A stretch of 27,598 nt of DNA. Source: Candidatus Zixiibacteriota bacterium. GTDB lineage: Bacteria > Zixibacteria > MSB-5A5 > WJJR01. How positions within the stretch are numbered: position 1 is the first letter of the stretch; every line of letters starts with the position of its first letter. The notes below the pieces were generated by a model. The model had not been told where the DNA came from and did no database searches. It was given only the letters and a program-made list of their open reading frames with translations. Below, piece after piece: positions 1 to 8,927 of this stretch. The position numbers and the translations under genes are program-made. The stretch is taken from the NCBI GenBank assembly GCA_036170655.1, contig JAVHPP010000131.1:4888-32485 (forward strand). Direction: 5' to 3'.

Positions 1-117
1 GATGTCAAATAAAAAACTACAGCCGCGCCGACTTTCTCATCTACGCCCGTGCGCCATTGTTGTAAGGTTCACGACCAGTGGATGCCATTGAGTCTGTCGG
101 AAGATGCCAAGACGATT

Positions 118-669
118 TTAGCCTTTACCGGCCCCCTGTTTCATGTAATTCTCATAACTCATTGTCTTGTAGTGGTTTTCTGAAACGTAGCGGAGCAGAG
201 TCAGAAAATCCCCGGCGGGTTTATACCCAGGAGCCGGCCCGATCTTTTTGCCCTCAGAATCGAGAAACCAATAGGTTGGAAACCCTCTGACCGCAAAGGT
301 TTGTGTCAATTGACGTTCGGTCATCTTTTCGCCCTCGTATGTCGCCAATGAACTTGACCCTTCGCCATTGACTCGGATGCCAATAAAGGCCTTAGAGAAG
401 TATTCGATCACGGCCGGATCGTGGAATGTCGTGGCGTCCATCTTCTTACACCAACCGCACCAATTGGTGTAGAAGTCTATGACGATGGGCTTCTTTTGCT
501 CAATTGCCTTTGCCAAGCCCTCGTCAAATGTAAGCCACTTGATTTCGGCAGGTTTCACCGCCGTGTCCTTGACGGTATTCTTGTCCTTCTTGTCGTCCGC
601 ATGGGTCACAGGGACGAGCAGTGTAGTTGCTGTCAGGAGAGCAAGAATGATCTTCCGGTTGTTTCGCAT
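118..669 (-). CDS. Exported thioredoxin-fold protein (SoxW/DUF255-like)
   Basis: Signal peptide MRNNRKIILALLTATTLLVPVTHA; WCGWC active site; cis-Pro motif RGFPT. Start placed at ATG 669 with GGAGG RBS rather than ORF start 693. Confidence 0.85.
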   Translation of the reverse strand: MRNNRKIILALLTATTLLVPVTHADDKKDKNTVKDTAVKPAEIKWLTFDEGLAKAIEQKKPIVIDFYTNWCGWCKKMDATTFHDPAVIEYFSKAFIGIRVNGEGSSSLATYEGEKMTERQLTQTFAVRGFPTYWFLDSEGKKIGPAPGYKPAGDFLTLLRYVSENHYKTMSYENYMKQGAGKG

Positions 670-737
670 GTGATTCCTCCTGCACAAGGTCATTAAGATT
701 TACGTGCCGCTAATCGTCCTGTTTGGAGAGGTCACCA

Positions 738-3700
738 TCATCCCCTACTGCAAATTACCGCATCCGTGCCCAAAAGTTCCCGCAGAGTCCGAACCAGTTC
801 CCGAGAGGCTTCGACACGGGCTCGGTTTGACTTGATCTTCACCGTGCGGTCACCCACCGGGTAATACACGAACAGAATGCCATTCCCCCGGTCATATCGG
901 TCGATGAGACCTTCCATTTCATCCATAACACCGGCCGAGATCTGCTCTGGAGTGAGAGTAACGTGCAGATCGATCACAGACCCCTGACGGCATTCTGCCA
1001 GCGGGATGACATTCTGGAGGATCAACTTGGGCCGTTCGCCTTCGCGTGTCGAAAGCCGTCCCCCCAACAGCAGGAGCGCGTCTGTCTGAATGACTGCGGC
1101 GAAACGACGATATGGATCGGAGAAGCAAAGGCACTCGATCGAACCGGCGAAGTCTTCGAGGGTGAAGAACGCCATCATCTGGCCCTTCTTGTCGAGCTGG
1201 GTCTTCATTTGGGTGATGATCCCGCCCATCTGTACTTCGGATTCGTCAGGGAGTTCAACGGCCTGGTCGGTCCCGGCAGTGGCAAAGAGACGCAGTTCCT
1301 CGGCATACTCGGACAAGGGGTGGGCCGAAACATAGAATCCCAACGCATCTTTTTCGCGTGCCGAAGTTTCCTTGTCGGACCATGGGGGCACATCGGGAAG
1401 CGCGGGAGGCGGAACGCCGACGTCGCTATCGCTGCTGCCAAAGAGGGAAACCTGACCGCGGCGACGGTCTTCAGCAGCGCGCGCCCCGTAGCCGATCACC
1501 TCTGTCAGCGCTTCGAGGAGTTGATGGCGGTGACCCGGCAACCGGTCAAAGGCGCCAGCGGTGATTAACGCCTCCAAGGCCCGCCGGTTGACGGTGTGGC
1601 TGTCCACCCGGGCAGTGAAATCAAACAGGTTCTTGAAAGAACCTCCCTGAGCGCGTTCGGCAACGATGGATTCGACCGCTGCCATGCCAACGTTCTTGAC
1701 CGCGCTCAGTCCAAAGAGAATCCGTTCCCCCGAGCCGGTGAAGGCCGCCTGGGACGTGTTAATGTCCGGCGGGTCAATGGGGATCCCGAGGCGGCGACAT
1801 TCCTGCATCAACACTCGAATCCGGTCGGTGTCCCCCATTTCCGATGTCATCGAGGCGGCCAGAAATTCCACCGCGTAGTGCGCCTTGAGGTAGGCCGAGC
1901 GATAGGCCAGCATCGCATACGATGCAGAATGGGAGCGATTGAAACCGTAACGCGCGAATTTCTCGCAAAAGTCGAATACCCCTTCCGCGATCTTCTCCCC
2001 GACACCACGGCTGACTGCGCCATCGATGAATTCCCGTTTCATCTTGACCATGATTTCGGGGTTCTTCTTCCCCATGGCCTTGCGCAGAATGTCCGCCTTG
2101 CCCATGCTGAATCCTGCCAGTTCGCTGGCGACCTGCATCACCTGATCCTGATAGACAATCACGCCATAAGTGTCTTTCAAGACCCGCTCGATCTTCGGAT
2201 GTTCGTAGTGCACCGTCTTGCGGCCTTGTTTCCGGTCGATGTACTCGTCGATCATGTTGGCATCGAGTGGGCCGGGCCGATAGAGCGCATTCATCACGAT
2301 GAGATCTTCAAAGATGGTCGGATGCAACTTGCGGAGATAGTCGCGCATCCCGGAGGATTCAAACTGGAAGATGCCGACCGTCTCGGCGGTCGCGAAAATC
2401 CGGTAGACGTCGGGATCTTCCAGGCCGATGGCGTCCCAGTCGATTTTGACGCCACGGTTGGCGGCGACAGCGTGTTCGGCGTCATCGATGACGGTGAGCG
2501 TGCGCAGCCCGAGAAAATCCATCTTGAGCAGCCCCATTCGCTCGATCCAGTTCATGTCATATTGGGTCGTGATCTCGCCTTTGGCCCCCTTGTAAAGCGG
2601 CAGGAACTCCGTGAGGGGCGCCGGCGCAATGACGACACCGGCGGCGTGCGTCGATGCGTGCCGCGTCAGCCCCTCGAGCGCCTGCGAAAACTCCAGCAAC
2701 TTGCCCACGCGCGGGTCCCCGCGCGCCATCTGCGATAGTTCGGGATTGAGACGGAGCGCCTTTTCCAGGGTCATATCCGCTTCCGTCGGAATCGCCTTGG
2801 CGATCCGGTCCACCTCGGCATACGACATCCCCAGAACGCGGCCCACGTCGCGGACCGCGCCGCGCGCAGCCATCGTGCCAAAGGTGATAATCTGGCAGAC
2901 ATTGTCCTTGCCGTACTTCTGGATGACGTAATTGATGACCTCATCGCGTCCGCGATCGGAGAAATCAATGTCGATGTCCGGCATCGAAACGCGTTCCGGA
3001 TTGAGGAAGCGCTCGAAGAGCAACCCGAAACGGATGGGGTCGATGTCGGTGATCTCCAGACAGTACGACACGATCGATCCGGCCGCGGAACCGCGCCCGG
3101 GACCAACCGGAATCCCGTGCGTTTTGGCATGGTGAACCAGATCAGCGACAACGAGGAAGTATCCGGAAAAACCCATCTTGCGGATCACGCCCAGCTCGTA
3201 CTGCAAACGATCGACAATCTCCGCTGACGGATTCGGGTAGCGTTTCGCCATGCCCGTTTCGGCCAGGTGAGTCAGGTAGTCATCGCGTGACTTGTACTCC
3301 TCGGGAATTGGAAACTCAGGCAAGTGGAGATGATCCAGACCCAACTCGAGGTGACACGACTCGGCAATGCGCAGCGTGTTCTCGATGGCTTCGGGTGTCT
3401 CATGGAAGAGCGCCTTCATTTCGTCCACCGACTTGAAGTACAGCTCCTCGGTCTGGTAGCGCATGCGGTCGGGATCGGAAATGATCTTCCCGGTTTGAAT
3501 ACACAGGAGGACATCATGGGCCGCAGCGTGCGCGCGCAATAGATAGTGGCAGTCATTTGTGGCGACCAGCCCGACACCAAGTTTCCGTGCCAGCGCGATC
3601 ACGGCCGGGCGCACTTGGTTCTCGATCTCGATCCCGTGATCCTGGATCTCGAGATAGTAATTCTCCGGCCCCAGCAAGTCGAGGAAGCGCCGTGCCGTTT

Positions 3701-4181
3701 CCTCGCCACCGTCACCGCGTCCCTTGAGGACATTCTGCGCCACCTCCCCCTGTACACAGGCCGACGTGACGATCAAGCCCTCGGCGTGCTCGCGCAGAAG
3801 CGCAAAATCAATCCGGGGCCGGTGGTAGAAGCCATCGAGATAGGCGGCGCTGACCAATTTCACCAGGTTCTTGTACCCGGTGATGTTCTTGGCCAGCAGG
3901 ATCAGATGATACCCCCCATCGGGCGCACCGGGCACACTGACTTTGTGGGTCCGGTCCAGCGGCGCCATGTAGGTCTCGCATCCGATGATGGGTACGATGC
4001 CTTTCTCACGACACTGCGTATAGAATTCGGGCGCCCCAAACAGATTGCCGTGATCGGTCAGGGCGAGCGCCGGCATCTTGAATTCCACGGCCCGCGCCAC
4101 CATCTCCTCGATCCGGCACGCCCCGTCCAAAAGCGAGAACTGGCTGTGATTGTGCAAATGGATGAAGTCGGCGTGTTTCAT
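738..4181 (-). CDS. dnaE: DNA polymerase III alpha subunit
   Basis: PHP domain HLHNHSQFSLLDG, GPGRGSAAGS, catalytic SMPDIDIDF, KMDFLGL, YGFNRSH, OB fold, clamp-binding-like QVSLF. Start at ATG 4181 (MKHADF). Confidence 0.98.
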   Translation of the reverse strand: MKHADFIHLHNHSQFSLLDGACRIEEMVARAVEFKMPALALTDHGNLFGAPEFYTQCREKGIVPIIGCETYMAPLDRTHKVSVPGAPDGGYHLILLAKNITGYKNLVKLVSAAYLDGFYHRPRIDFALLREHAEGLIVTSACVQGEVAQNVLKGRGDGGEETARRFLDLLGPENYYLEIQDHGIEIENQVRPAVIALARKLGVGLVATNDCHYLLRAHAAAHDVLLCIQTGKIISDPDRMRYQTEELYFKSVDEMKALFHETPEAIENTLRIAESCHLELGLDHLHLPEFPIPEEYKSRDDYLTHLAETGMAKRYPNPSAEIVDRLQYELGVIRKMGFSGYFLVVADLVHHAKTHGIPVGPGRGSAAGSIVSYCLEITDIDPIRFGLLFERFLNPERVSMPDIDIDFSDRGRDEVINYVIQKYGKDNVCQIITFGTMAARGAVRDVGRVLGMSYAEVDRIAKAIPTEADMTLEKALRLNPELSQMARGDPRVGKLLEFSQALEGLTRHASTHAAGVVIAPAPLTEFLPLYKGAKGEITTQYDMNWIERMGLLKMDFLGLRTLTVIDDAEHAVAANRGVKIDWDAIGLEDPDVYRIFATAETVGIFQFESSGMRDYLRKLHPTIFEDLIVMNALYRPGPLDANMIDEYIDRKQGRKTVHYEHPKIERVLKDTYGVIVYQDQVMQVASELAGFSMGKADILRKAMGKKNPEIMVKMKREFIDGAVSRGVGEKIAEGVFDFCEKFARYGFNRSHSASYAMLAYRSAYLKAHYAVEFLAASMTSEMGDTDRIRVLMQECRRLGIPIDPPDINTSQAAFTGSGERILFGLSAVKNVGMAAVESIVAERAQGGSFKNLFDFTARVDSHTVNRRALEALITAGAFDRLPGHRHQLLEALTEVIGYGARAAEDRRRGQVSLFGSSDSDVGVPPPALPDVPPWSDKETSAREKDALGFYVSAHPLSEYAEELRLFATAGTDQAVELPDESEVQMGGIITQMKTQLDKKGQMMAFFTLEDFAGSIECLCFSDPYRRFAAVIQTDALLLLGGRLSTREGERPKLILQNVIPLAECRQGSVIDLHVTLTPEQISAGVMDEMEGLIDRYDRGNGILFVYYPVGDRTVKIKSNRARVEASRELVRTLRELLGTDAVICSRG

Positions 4182-4191
4182 GGAATGATTT

Positions 4192-5505
4192 TCAGAAGGG
4201 AAGATCCTCTGCTTCCGAGGGCGGTGGTACGGGTGTCTGGGTCGGTACACGGAGGGCAGTTTCAACGTCACTCAACGCACTTTGAACATCGGTCCGGAGC
4301 TCGTCGGCTTCCCGTTTGATGTTCCTGACGGCCTGCTCGATCTTTCCGCTCTCCGTGGCGATGTTCGTGATCTTTCGTAGCGCGGTTCTAATTCGCCCGA
4401 TCTGACCCTCAATCGCCACGGCATCCACCTCGGGTGTTGCACTTCTTATTGCGGATAGACGCCTCTGAACGAAAGCGAATCGGAGGGCCGTCCGCAGATT
4501 GTCAAGGCTACAAGAGATCCACTGCCCTCTCTGACATACACCCTCGCCCCAGTCCCCCAGCTCGGTTCCAAACTGATCAGCTTCACGCTTGACGTAGATC
4601 CCGTAGTGCGCCTGACGCGTTTCCATCGACTTGAGCAATCTATCACTCACAACCTTCCTGCCGTCTGGTACCTGCGTATCTTTGGCCTCGATGACAATCC
4701 TCGTGACCTCTTCCATCAATCCGTTGTTTTGGCTTTCGATCAGGATATCACCCGGACTATTGTCACCCCCCACGTGCTCCACCAAGCATCCCGCTACATC
4801 CGCCCGCCGCTTCGTCACGCTAAGAACTTCCTCTTCGAAAGCCGGACCCTTCAGTGTGGTTTGAGCCACCACGTCCGCCGCCGCCTTCTTTCCTATCATG
4901 TGCGTGGAAAGCTCATCGAGCTTCTCGCGCAGAGGTCGAATGAGCTCTTCGGCGGCATCTTTCACCGATTTGGCGATCTGACCGTCCTTGGCAGTCACAC
5001 CATCGACGGCGCTCTGCAGTCTTGCCTGTATAGAGTCACTGTCTTTGGGATTAAGCAGTTGCTGAATTCGAGTGAGCGCACTCCCAAGTGCAGATGTCGG
5101 TCTTGAAGGATCAATATCCCTTTCAAGAATCGTCCGAATCTGATTGCACTTAGAATCCACAACAGTCTGGAGCCCTCCGATTATACCCGGAATCGAAGAA
5201 AAAAGCTGTCCGTCCCCCGTTCCGATCTTGCCCGCAAGTTTCCTCTGAATGCTCCCAGGAATGTCGGCGGACGCCTTCTCGACCGAATGAAGAAACCCTT
5301 CAATCTCGTGGCGAACATAATCCAGGTCTTGGACGTTTGAGGCCCGTTCAAGACAAACAACCCCGACCCGAAGGGTCTTCAAGAACGTGTGCTCCAATTC
5401 TTCTTCGGGAACCCCTCGGAAGTAGTTGACGATACTGTCATCTCGAATGCTTAGGTTCAGGATCTCCAGTGTACCGTCGGTCAGTGTTAGCTTTTCATTG
5501 CTCAT
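4192..5505 (-). CDS. Coiled-coil protein with RmuC/DUF2130-like PD-(D/E)XK nuclease domain (437 aa)
   Basis: Long helical N-terminal half; KGPAFEEEV...PGDILIE...IVIEAKD motif set; C-terminal coiled coil. GGAGG RBS upstream of ATG 5505. Confidence 0.65.
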   Translation of the reverse strand: MSNEKLTLTDGTLEILNLSIRDDSIVNYFRGVPEEELEHTFLKTLRVGVVCLERASNVQDLDYVRHEIEGFLHSVEKASADIPGSIQRKLAGKIGTGDGQLFSSIPGIIGGLQTVVDSKCNQIRTILERDIDPSRPTSALGSALTRIQQLLNPKDSDSIQARLQSAVDGVTAKDGQIAKSVKDAAEELIRPLREKLDELSTHMIGKKAAADVVAQTTLKGPAFEEEVLSVTKRRADVAGCLVEHVGGDNSPGDILIESQNNGLMEEVTRIVIEAKDTQVPDGRKVVSDRLLKSMETRQAHYGIYVKREADQFGTELGDWGEGVCQRGQWISCSLDNLRTALRFAFVQRRLSAIRSATPEVDAVAIEGQIGRIRTALRKITNIATESGKIEQAVRNIKREADELRTDVQSALSDVETALRVPTQTPVPPPSEAEDLPF

Positions 5506-5567
5506 CAAAAGACCTCCGGGTGTTGGAACTCTCCGAACAGGCACCGTTGCAGGTTCTCCTCCACAAA

Positions 5568-5592
5568 AGGGCGCACAGCCGTGCGCCCCTAC
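5568..5592 (-). repeat. GTAG-type REP, family A (GTAGGGGCGCACGGCTGTGCGCCCT)
   Basis: GTAG foot plus GGGCGCAC/GTGCGCCC hairpin; identical 25-mers at 5933-5957 (+) and 6412-6436 (-). Confidence 0.9.
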
Positions 5593-5657
5593 GACCGCGA
5601 CGATCGGTCGAGTGGAATGGCGTTCGCACGATGATCGAACTAAGCTCCATGATCGAT

Positions 5658-6251
5658 TCAGCCGCAGTCAGGACCATCACGCCTCTTTTCCTGTGGAACC
5701 ACCGCTGTACTGAAGGCGTGGATCACCGACTCTCTTGGATCAGATTTCAACTCGAGCGGGTTGTTCCGGATGTAGGATCGGACTCTTGTCAGTTCCTGAT
5801 CGTTTCGGATCACGCGATCCATGTAGTTCCGCTGCCAGACTGGCATTCCGGGGGTTCGGCGCAGTTCATTGATGCGCTTTGTCGCGGCGGATTTGAACCC
5901 AGCCACGAGTGACCCCAACGAACGTGGGCGGCGTAGGGGCGCACGGCTGTGCGCCCTATCGCTCGGAACGGATCGGCTCGTCTGTATGCAGACAACCGCG
6001 TGAAAGTGCGTAGGCATTACGACGAATTGGTCGAGGACGATCTCTGAGCGCAGTTCGGATGAACGCAGCCACTCTTCCTGCACGATGAGACCTATCGGAC
6101 TCAGATGAACGGTTTGATCCACGATTCTACCAAACAGATCCTGGCCCTGGTGGGTACAGATCGTTACAAAGTAGGCGCCCTCTCGGGAATAATCGTATCT
6201 AGTGAGCCGGATGGATCGCCGGTGATGAACATCTGGATTAAAGGCGCTCAT
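5658..6251 (-). CDS. REP-associated tyrosine transposase (RAYT / Y1 HUH TnpA), copy 1
   Basis: RRSIRLTRYDYSREGAYFVTICT, HUH motif VVMPTHFH, SLGSLVAGFKS, WQRNY, catalytic Tyr in SYIRNNP. GAGG RBS before ATG 6251. Confidence 0.92.
   Translation of the reverse strand: MSAFNPDVHHRRSIRLTRYDYSREGAYFVTICTHQGQDLFGRIVDQTVHLSPIGLIVQEEWLRSSELRSEIVLDQFVVMPTHFHAVVCIQTSRSVPSDRAHSRAPLRRPRSLGSLVAGFKSAATKRINELRRTPGMPVWQRNYMDRVIRNDQELTRVRSYIRNNPLELKSDPRESVIHAFSTAVVPQEKRRDGPDCG
5933..5957 (+). repeat. Family A REP inside the RAYT1 coding sequence
   Basis: gtaggggcgcacggctgtgcgccct, translated in RAYT1 as RAHSRAPL. Confidence 0.9.
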
Positions 6252-6387
6252 ATACTGACCTCTTGCTACGAGGCAAATGCGGCAAGCTTCTTGCCTGTCG
6301 CGAAGCATTCTAAGGATACGCGTGGATGAAGGTCAATCAATTTGGCGCGTGTCGCATAGCGGCAACAGAAGCGCGTAACCGGAAGAA

Positions 6388-6411
6388 GCGATCTGCCTTT
6401 CGGCAGATCGC
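6388..6411 (-). terminator. Probable intrinsic terminator downstream of fusA
   Basis: Perfect 10-bp stem GCGATCTGCC-GAAA-GGCAGATCGC followed by TTCTTCC on the minus strand. Confidence 0.55.
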
Positions 6412-6436
6412 AGGGCGCACAGCCGTGCGCCCCTAC
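6412..6436 (-). repeat. Family A REP upstream of RAYT1
   Basis: Identical to 5568-5592, same orientation. Confidence 0.9.
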
Positions 6437-6521
6437 AAAATCGCAGCGCAGATGACAGGGACAAAGGAAGAAGCACCGACGCTCTGCCTCGCCGACGCCT
6501 GGAATCATCATTCCCTGTCCC

Positions 6522-8609
6522 CTACTCTTCGGCTGCCTTCTTGGCCGCTTTTGCTTCCTCGATGACCTTGGCGGCGATCTCGCGCGGGACTTCTTCGTAA
6601 TGCGAGAATTTCCGTGAGTAAACCCCGCGCCCCTGTGTCATGGAGCGCAGGACGGTCGAATACTTGTAGAGTTCGGCCAGCGGCGCTTGCGCGCGGATGT
6701 GCTGCCCACGTCCGCCGGGTTCCATGCCGAGAATCTTGCCACGTCGGCTGGACATGTCGCCCATGACATCTCCGGTGAAATCATTGGGCACTTTGATCTC
6801 CAGCTCGTAGACCGGCTCCAGCATCACCGGATGGCATTTCAAGAACCCTTCTCGGAAACCCATCAAACCAGCGATCTTGAAGGCCATGTCCGATGAATCA
6901 ACTGTATGGTATGAGCCGTAATAGAGCGCGACAAGGATATCGACTACGGGGTGCCCCGACAGTCCGCCTTCGAGCATCGCTTCAACAATGCCCTTTTCCA
7001 CCGAGGGGACGAACTTTGTCGGGACCACGCCACCGCTGATTTCATCGGCAAACTCGAATCCCGCCCCGCGCGCCTTCGGCTCAAGACGCAGGAAAACATG
7101 GCCATACTGACCGCGTCCGCCGGTCTGTTTTTTGTATTTGTACTCGATCTCGGTCTTGCCGGTGATGGTTTCGCGATAGGGAATGCGCGGCTTCTCCAGG
7201 GTGACATCGACATTGTAACGCTTTTTCAGCTTGCTGGACACAACGTCGAAATGCAACTCGCCCTGACCGTAGAGGATCGTCTGGTGCACCTCCGGAAGAA
7301 CCTTGTGGAAAAATGTCGGATCCTCTTCGTGCAGGCGCACGAGGCCGGTGCCCATGCGTTCTTCGTCGTTCTTGGAGACCGGCTTGACGGCCATGTCAAG
7401 AATCGGCTCTGGGAAGGCAATCGGCGGAAAGACGATGGCGTCTTTCTTTTCGCACAGCGTGTCGCCGGTATGGGTACTGCGCAGCTTGACTGTCGCGCCG
7501 ATGTCACCAGCGCTCAGCTCGACGACCTCTTGCCGCTGCTTGCCATTGAGCAGGAACAACTGGCCGATACGTTCGCTCTCACCGCGTCCGGAATTGAGCA
7601 CCTCTTCGCCCGGTCGCACACATCCCGAGCACACCTTGAGCAGCGAGAGTTCCCCGACATGGGGTTCGGACACGGTCTTGAAGACGAATCCACTGAACGC
7701 ACTCTCTGGCTTCACCGCACGAATCACCTCGGCGCCGCCACCGGGTGTCTTGCCTGCCGGCGCCGGACGGTTAGCCGGAGACGGGCCATACTGATCGATG
7801 AAATCCAGCAACAGACGAACCCCGGCCGCCGATGTGGCCGCACCGCAGAGAACGGGATACACCCGGCCGTCCAGTACCCCTTTGCGCAGGCCGTTGTGCA
7901 ATTCGTCCTCCGTCAGTTCACCGCTCTCAAAGAATTTTTCCAACAGGGCGTCATCTGATTCCGCCGCGGCCTCGATCATACGGGTCCGGGCCTCGCCGGC
8001 CATTGTCCGCACAGCATCGGGAATCGGGATTTCCGTTGCTTTGCCGGCGGCGTCGAATGCGTATCCTTTCATCTTAATCAGGTCGATGATTCCCTTGAAG
8101 TCGAGTCCCTGTCCGATGGGCCATTGGACGGCCACTGTTTTGACGCCAAATCGCTCACCCAGCGCCGCCATCATCTTCGCAAAGTCGGCGTGCTCCTTGT
8201 CCATTTTGTTGGCAAAAAACAGGCGGGGCAGGGTGACCTCTTCGAGCCGCTCCAACGTTTGTTCAGCGCCGACTTCAAGTCCGGCGGGAGCGTTGAGCAG
8301 GCAAACGATCAGATCGACCACACGCAGGGTGCCGATGACGTCGCCGGCGAAGTCGGGGTAACCGGGTGTGTCGATGATATTGACTTTGCGTGTCTTCCAT
8401 TCCGCGTGCGCCAGCGCGAGCGAGATGGAAATCTTGCGCGCGATTTCCTCATCCGTGTAGTCTGTCGTGGTTGTGCCATCAGCGGTTTTGCCCATCCGGC
8501 CGATGGCTCCGGCGGTCATCAACATGGCCTCACACAACGATGTCTTCCCGGTGCCGCCGTGTCCCAAGATTCCGACATTTCTGATGTTGTCCATTGCGAC
8601 TTCTGTCAC
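6522..8609 (-). CDS. fusA: Elongation factor G paralogue (EF-G2 type)
   Basis: G1 GHGGTGKT, G2 RKISI, G3 DTPG, G4 NKMD, KKQTGGRGQYG, SYHTVDSSDMAF. GTG 8609 with AGGAG RBS. Confidence 0.93.
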   Translation of the reverse strand: MTEVAMDNIRNVGILGHGGTGKTSLCEAMLMTAGAIGRMGKTADGTTTTDYTDEEIARKISISLALAHAEWKTRKVNIIDTPGYPDFAGDVIGTLRVVDLIVCLLNAPAGLEVGAEQTLERLEEVTLPRLFFANKMDKEHADFAKMMAALGERFGVKTVAVQWPIGQGLDFKGIIDLIKMKGYAFDAAGKATEIPIPDAVRTMAGEARTRMIEAAAESDDALLEKFFESGELTEDELHNGLRKGVLDGRVYPVLCGAATSAAGVRLLLDFIDQYGPSPANRPAPAGKTPGGGAEVIRAVKPESAFSGFVFKTVSEPHVGELSLLKVCSGCVRPGEEVLNSGRGESERIGQLFLLNGKQRQEVVELSAGDIGATVKLRSTHTGDTLCEKKDAIVFPPIAFPEPILDMAVKPVSKNDEERMGTGLVRLHEEDPTFFHKVLPEVHQTILYGQGELHFDVVSSKLKKRYNVDVTLEKPRIPYRETITGKTEIEYKYKKQTGGRGQYGHVFLRLEPKARGAGFEFADEISGGVVPTKFVPSVEKGIVEAMLEGGLSGHPVVDILVALYYGSYHTVDSSDMAFKIAGLMGFREGFLKCHPVMLEPVYELEIKVPNDFTGDVMGDMSSRRGKILGMEPGGRGQHIRAQAPLAELYKYSTVLRSMTQGRGVYSRKFSHYEEVPREIAAKVIEEAKAAKKAAEE

Positions 8610-8650
8610 CGCGCGCTCCTTTTCTCGAGAATCGCCCACCGAATTATAGG

Positions 8651-8679
8651 AAAATACGGGCAGAGCGGCCGCCAGTCAA
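8651..8679 (-). promoter_or_regulatory. Putative sigma70 promoter of fusA
   Basis: TTGACT-N17-TATTTT, with a TATAAT just downstream. Confidence 0.5.
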
Positions 8680-8733
8680 CCCTTAGAACATCAAACACAA
8701 TGACCGCGCACGCTGATGAACATGGCGGGCGCA

Positions 8734-8818
8734 GTAGGGTGGGTGCTCCGCACCCACCATGTGATGTATGGTGAGGATTCCCCATTAGGCAACGGTGGGT
8801 GCGGAGCACCCACCCTAC
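8734..8818. repeat. REPIN doublet, family B (GTAGGGTGGGTGCTCCGCACCCACC)
   Basis: Exact 25-bp inverted copies at 8734-8758 and 8794-8818, each a 9-bp hairpin with a GTAG foot. Confidence 0.9.
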
Positions 8819-8833
8819 ACCTCTGTTAGCCTG

Positions 8834-8864
8834 GTAGGTCAGGAGCGCAGGGCTCCTGACCTAC
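8834..8864. repeat. GTAG...CTAC palindromic REP, family C
   Basis: GTAGGTCAGGAGC-GCAGG-GCTCCTGACCTAC, perfect 13-bp arms. Confidence 0.8.
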
Positions 8865-8927
8865 TGTTCAAAGAAAGCGGTTCCAAGGGGGGGCGTCCAC
8901 GGCAGGGATGTCCGACCAGGCGGGTTG

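Noticed and set aside
738..4271. Intein in DnaE, or N-terminal extension overlapping the upstream gene
   Set aside because: Length (1147 aa) and motifs are continuous with no intein signature; the 30-codon extension overlaps the upstream CDS and is not conserved-looking.
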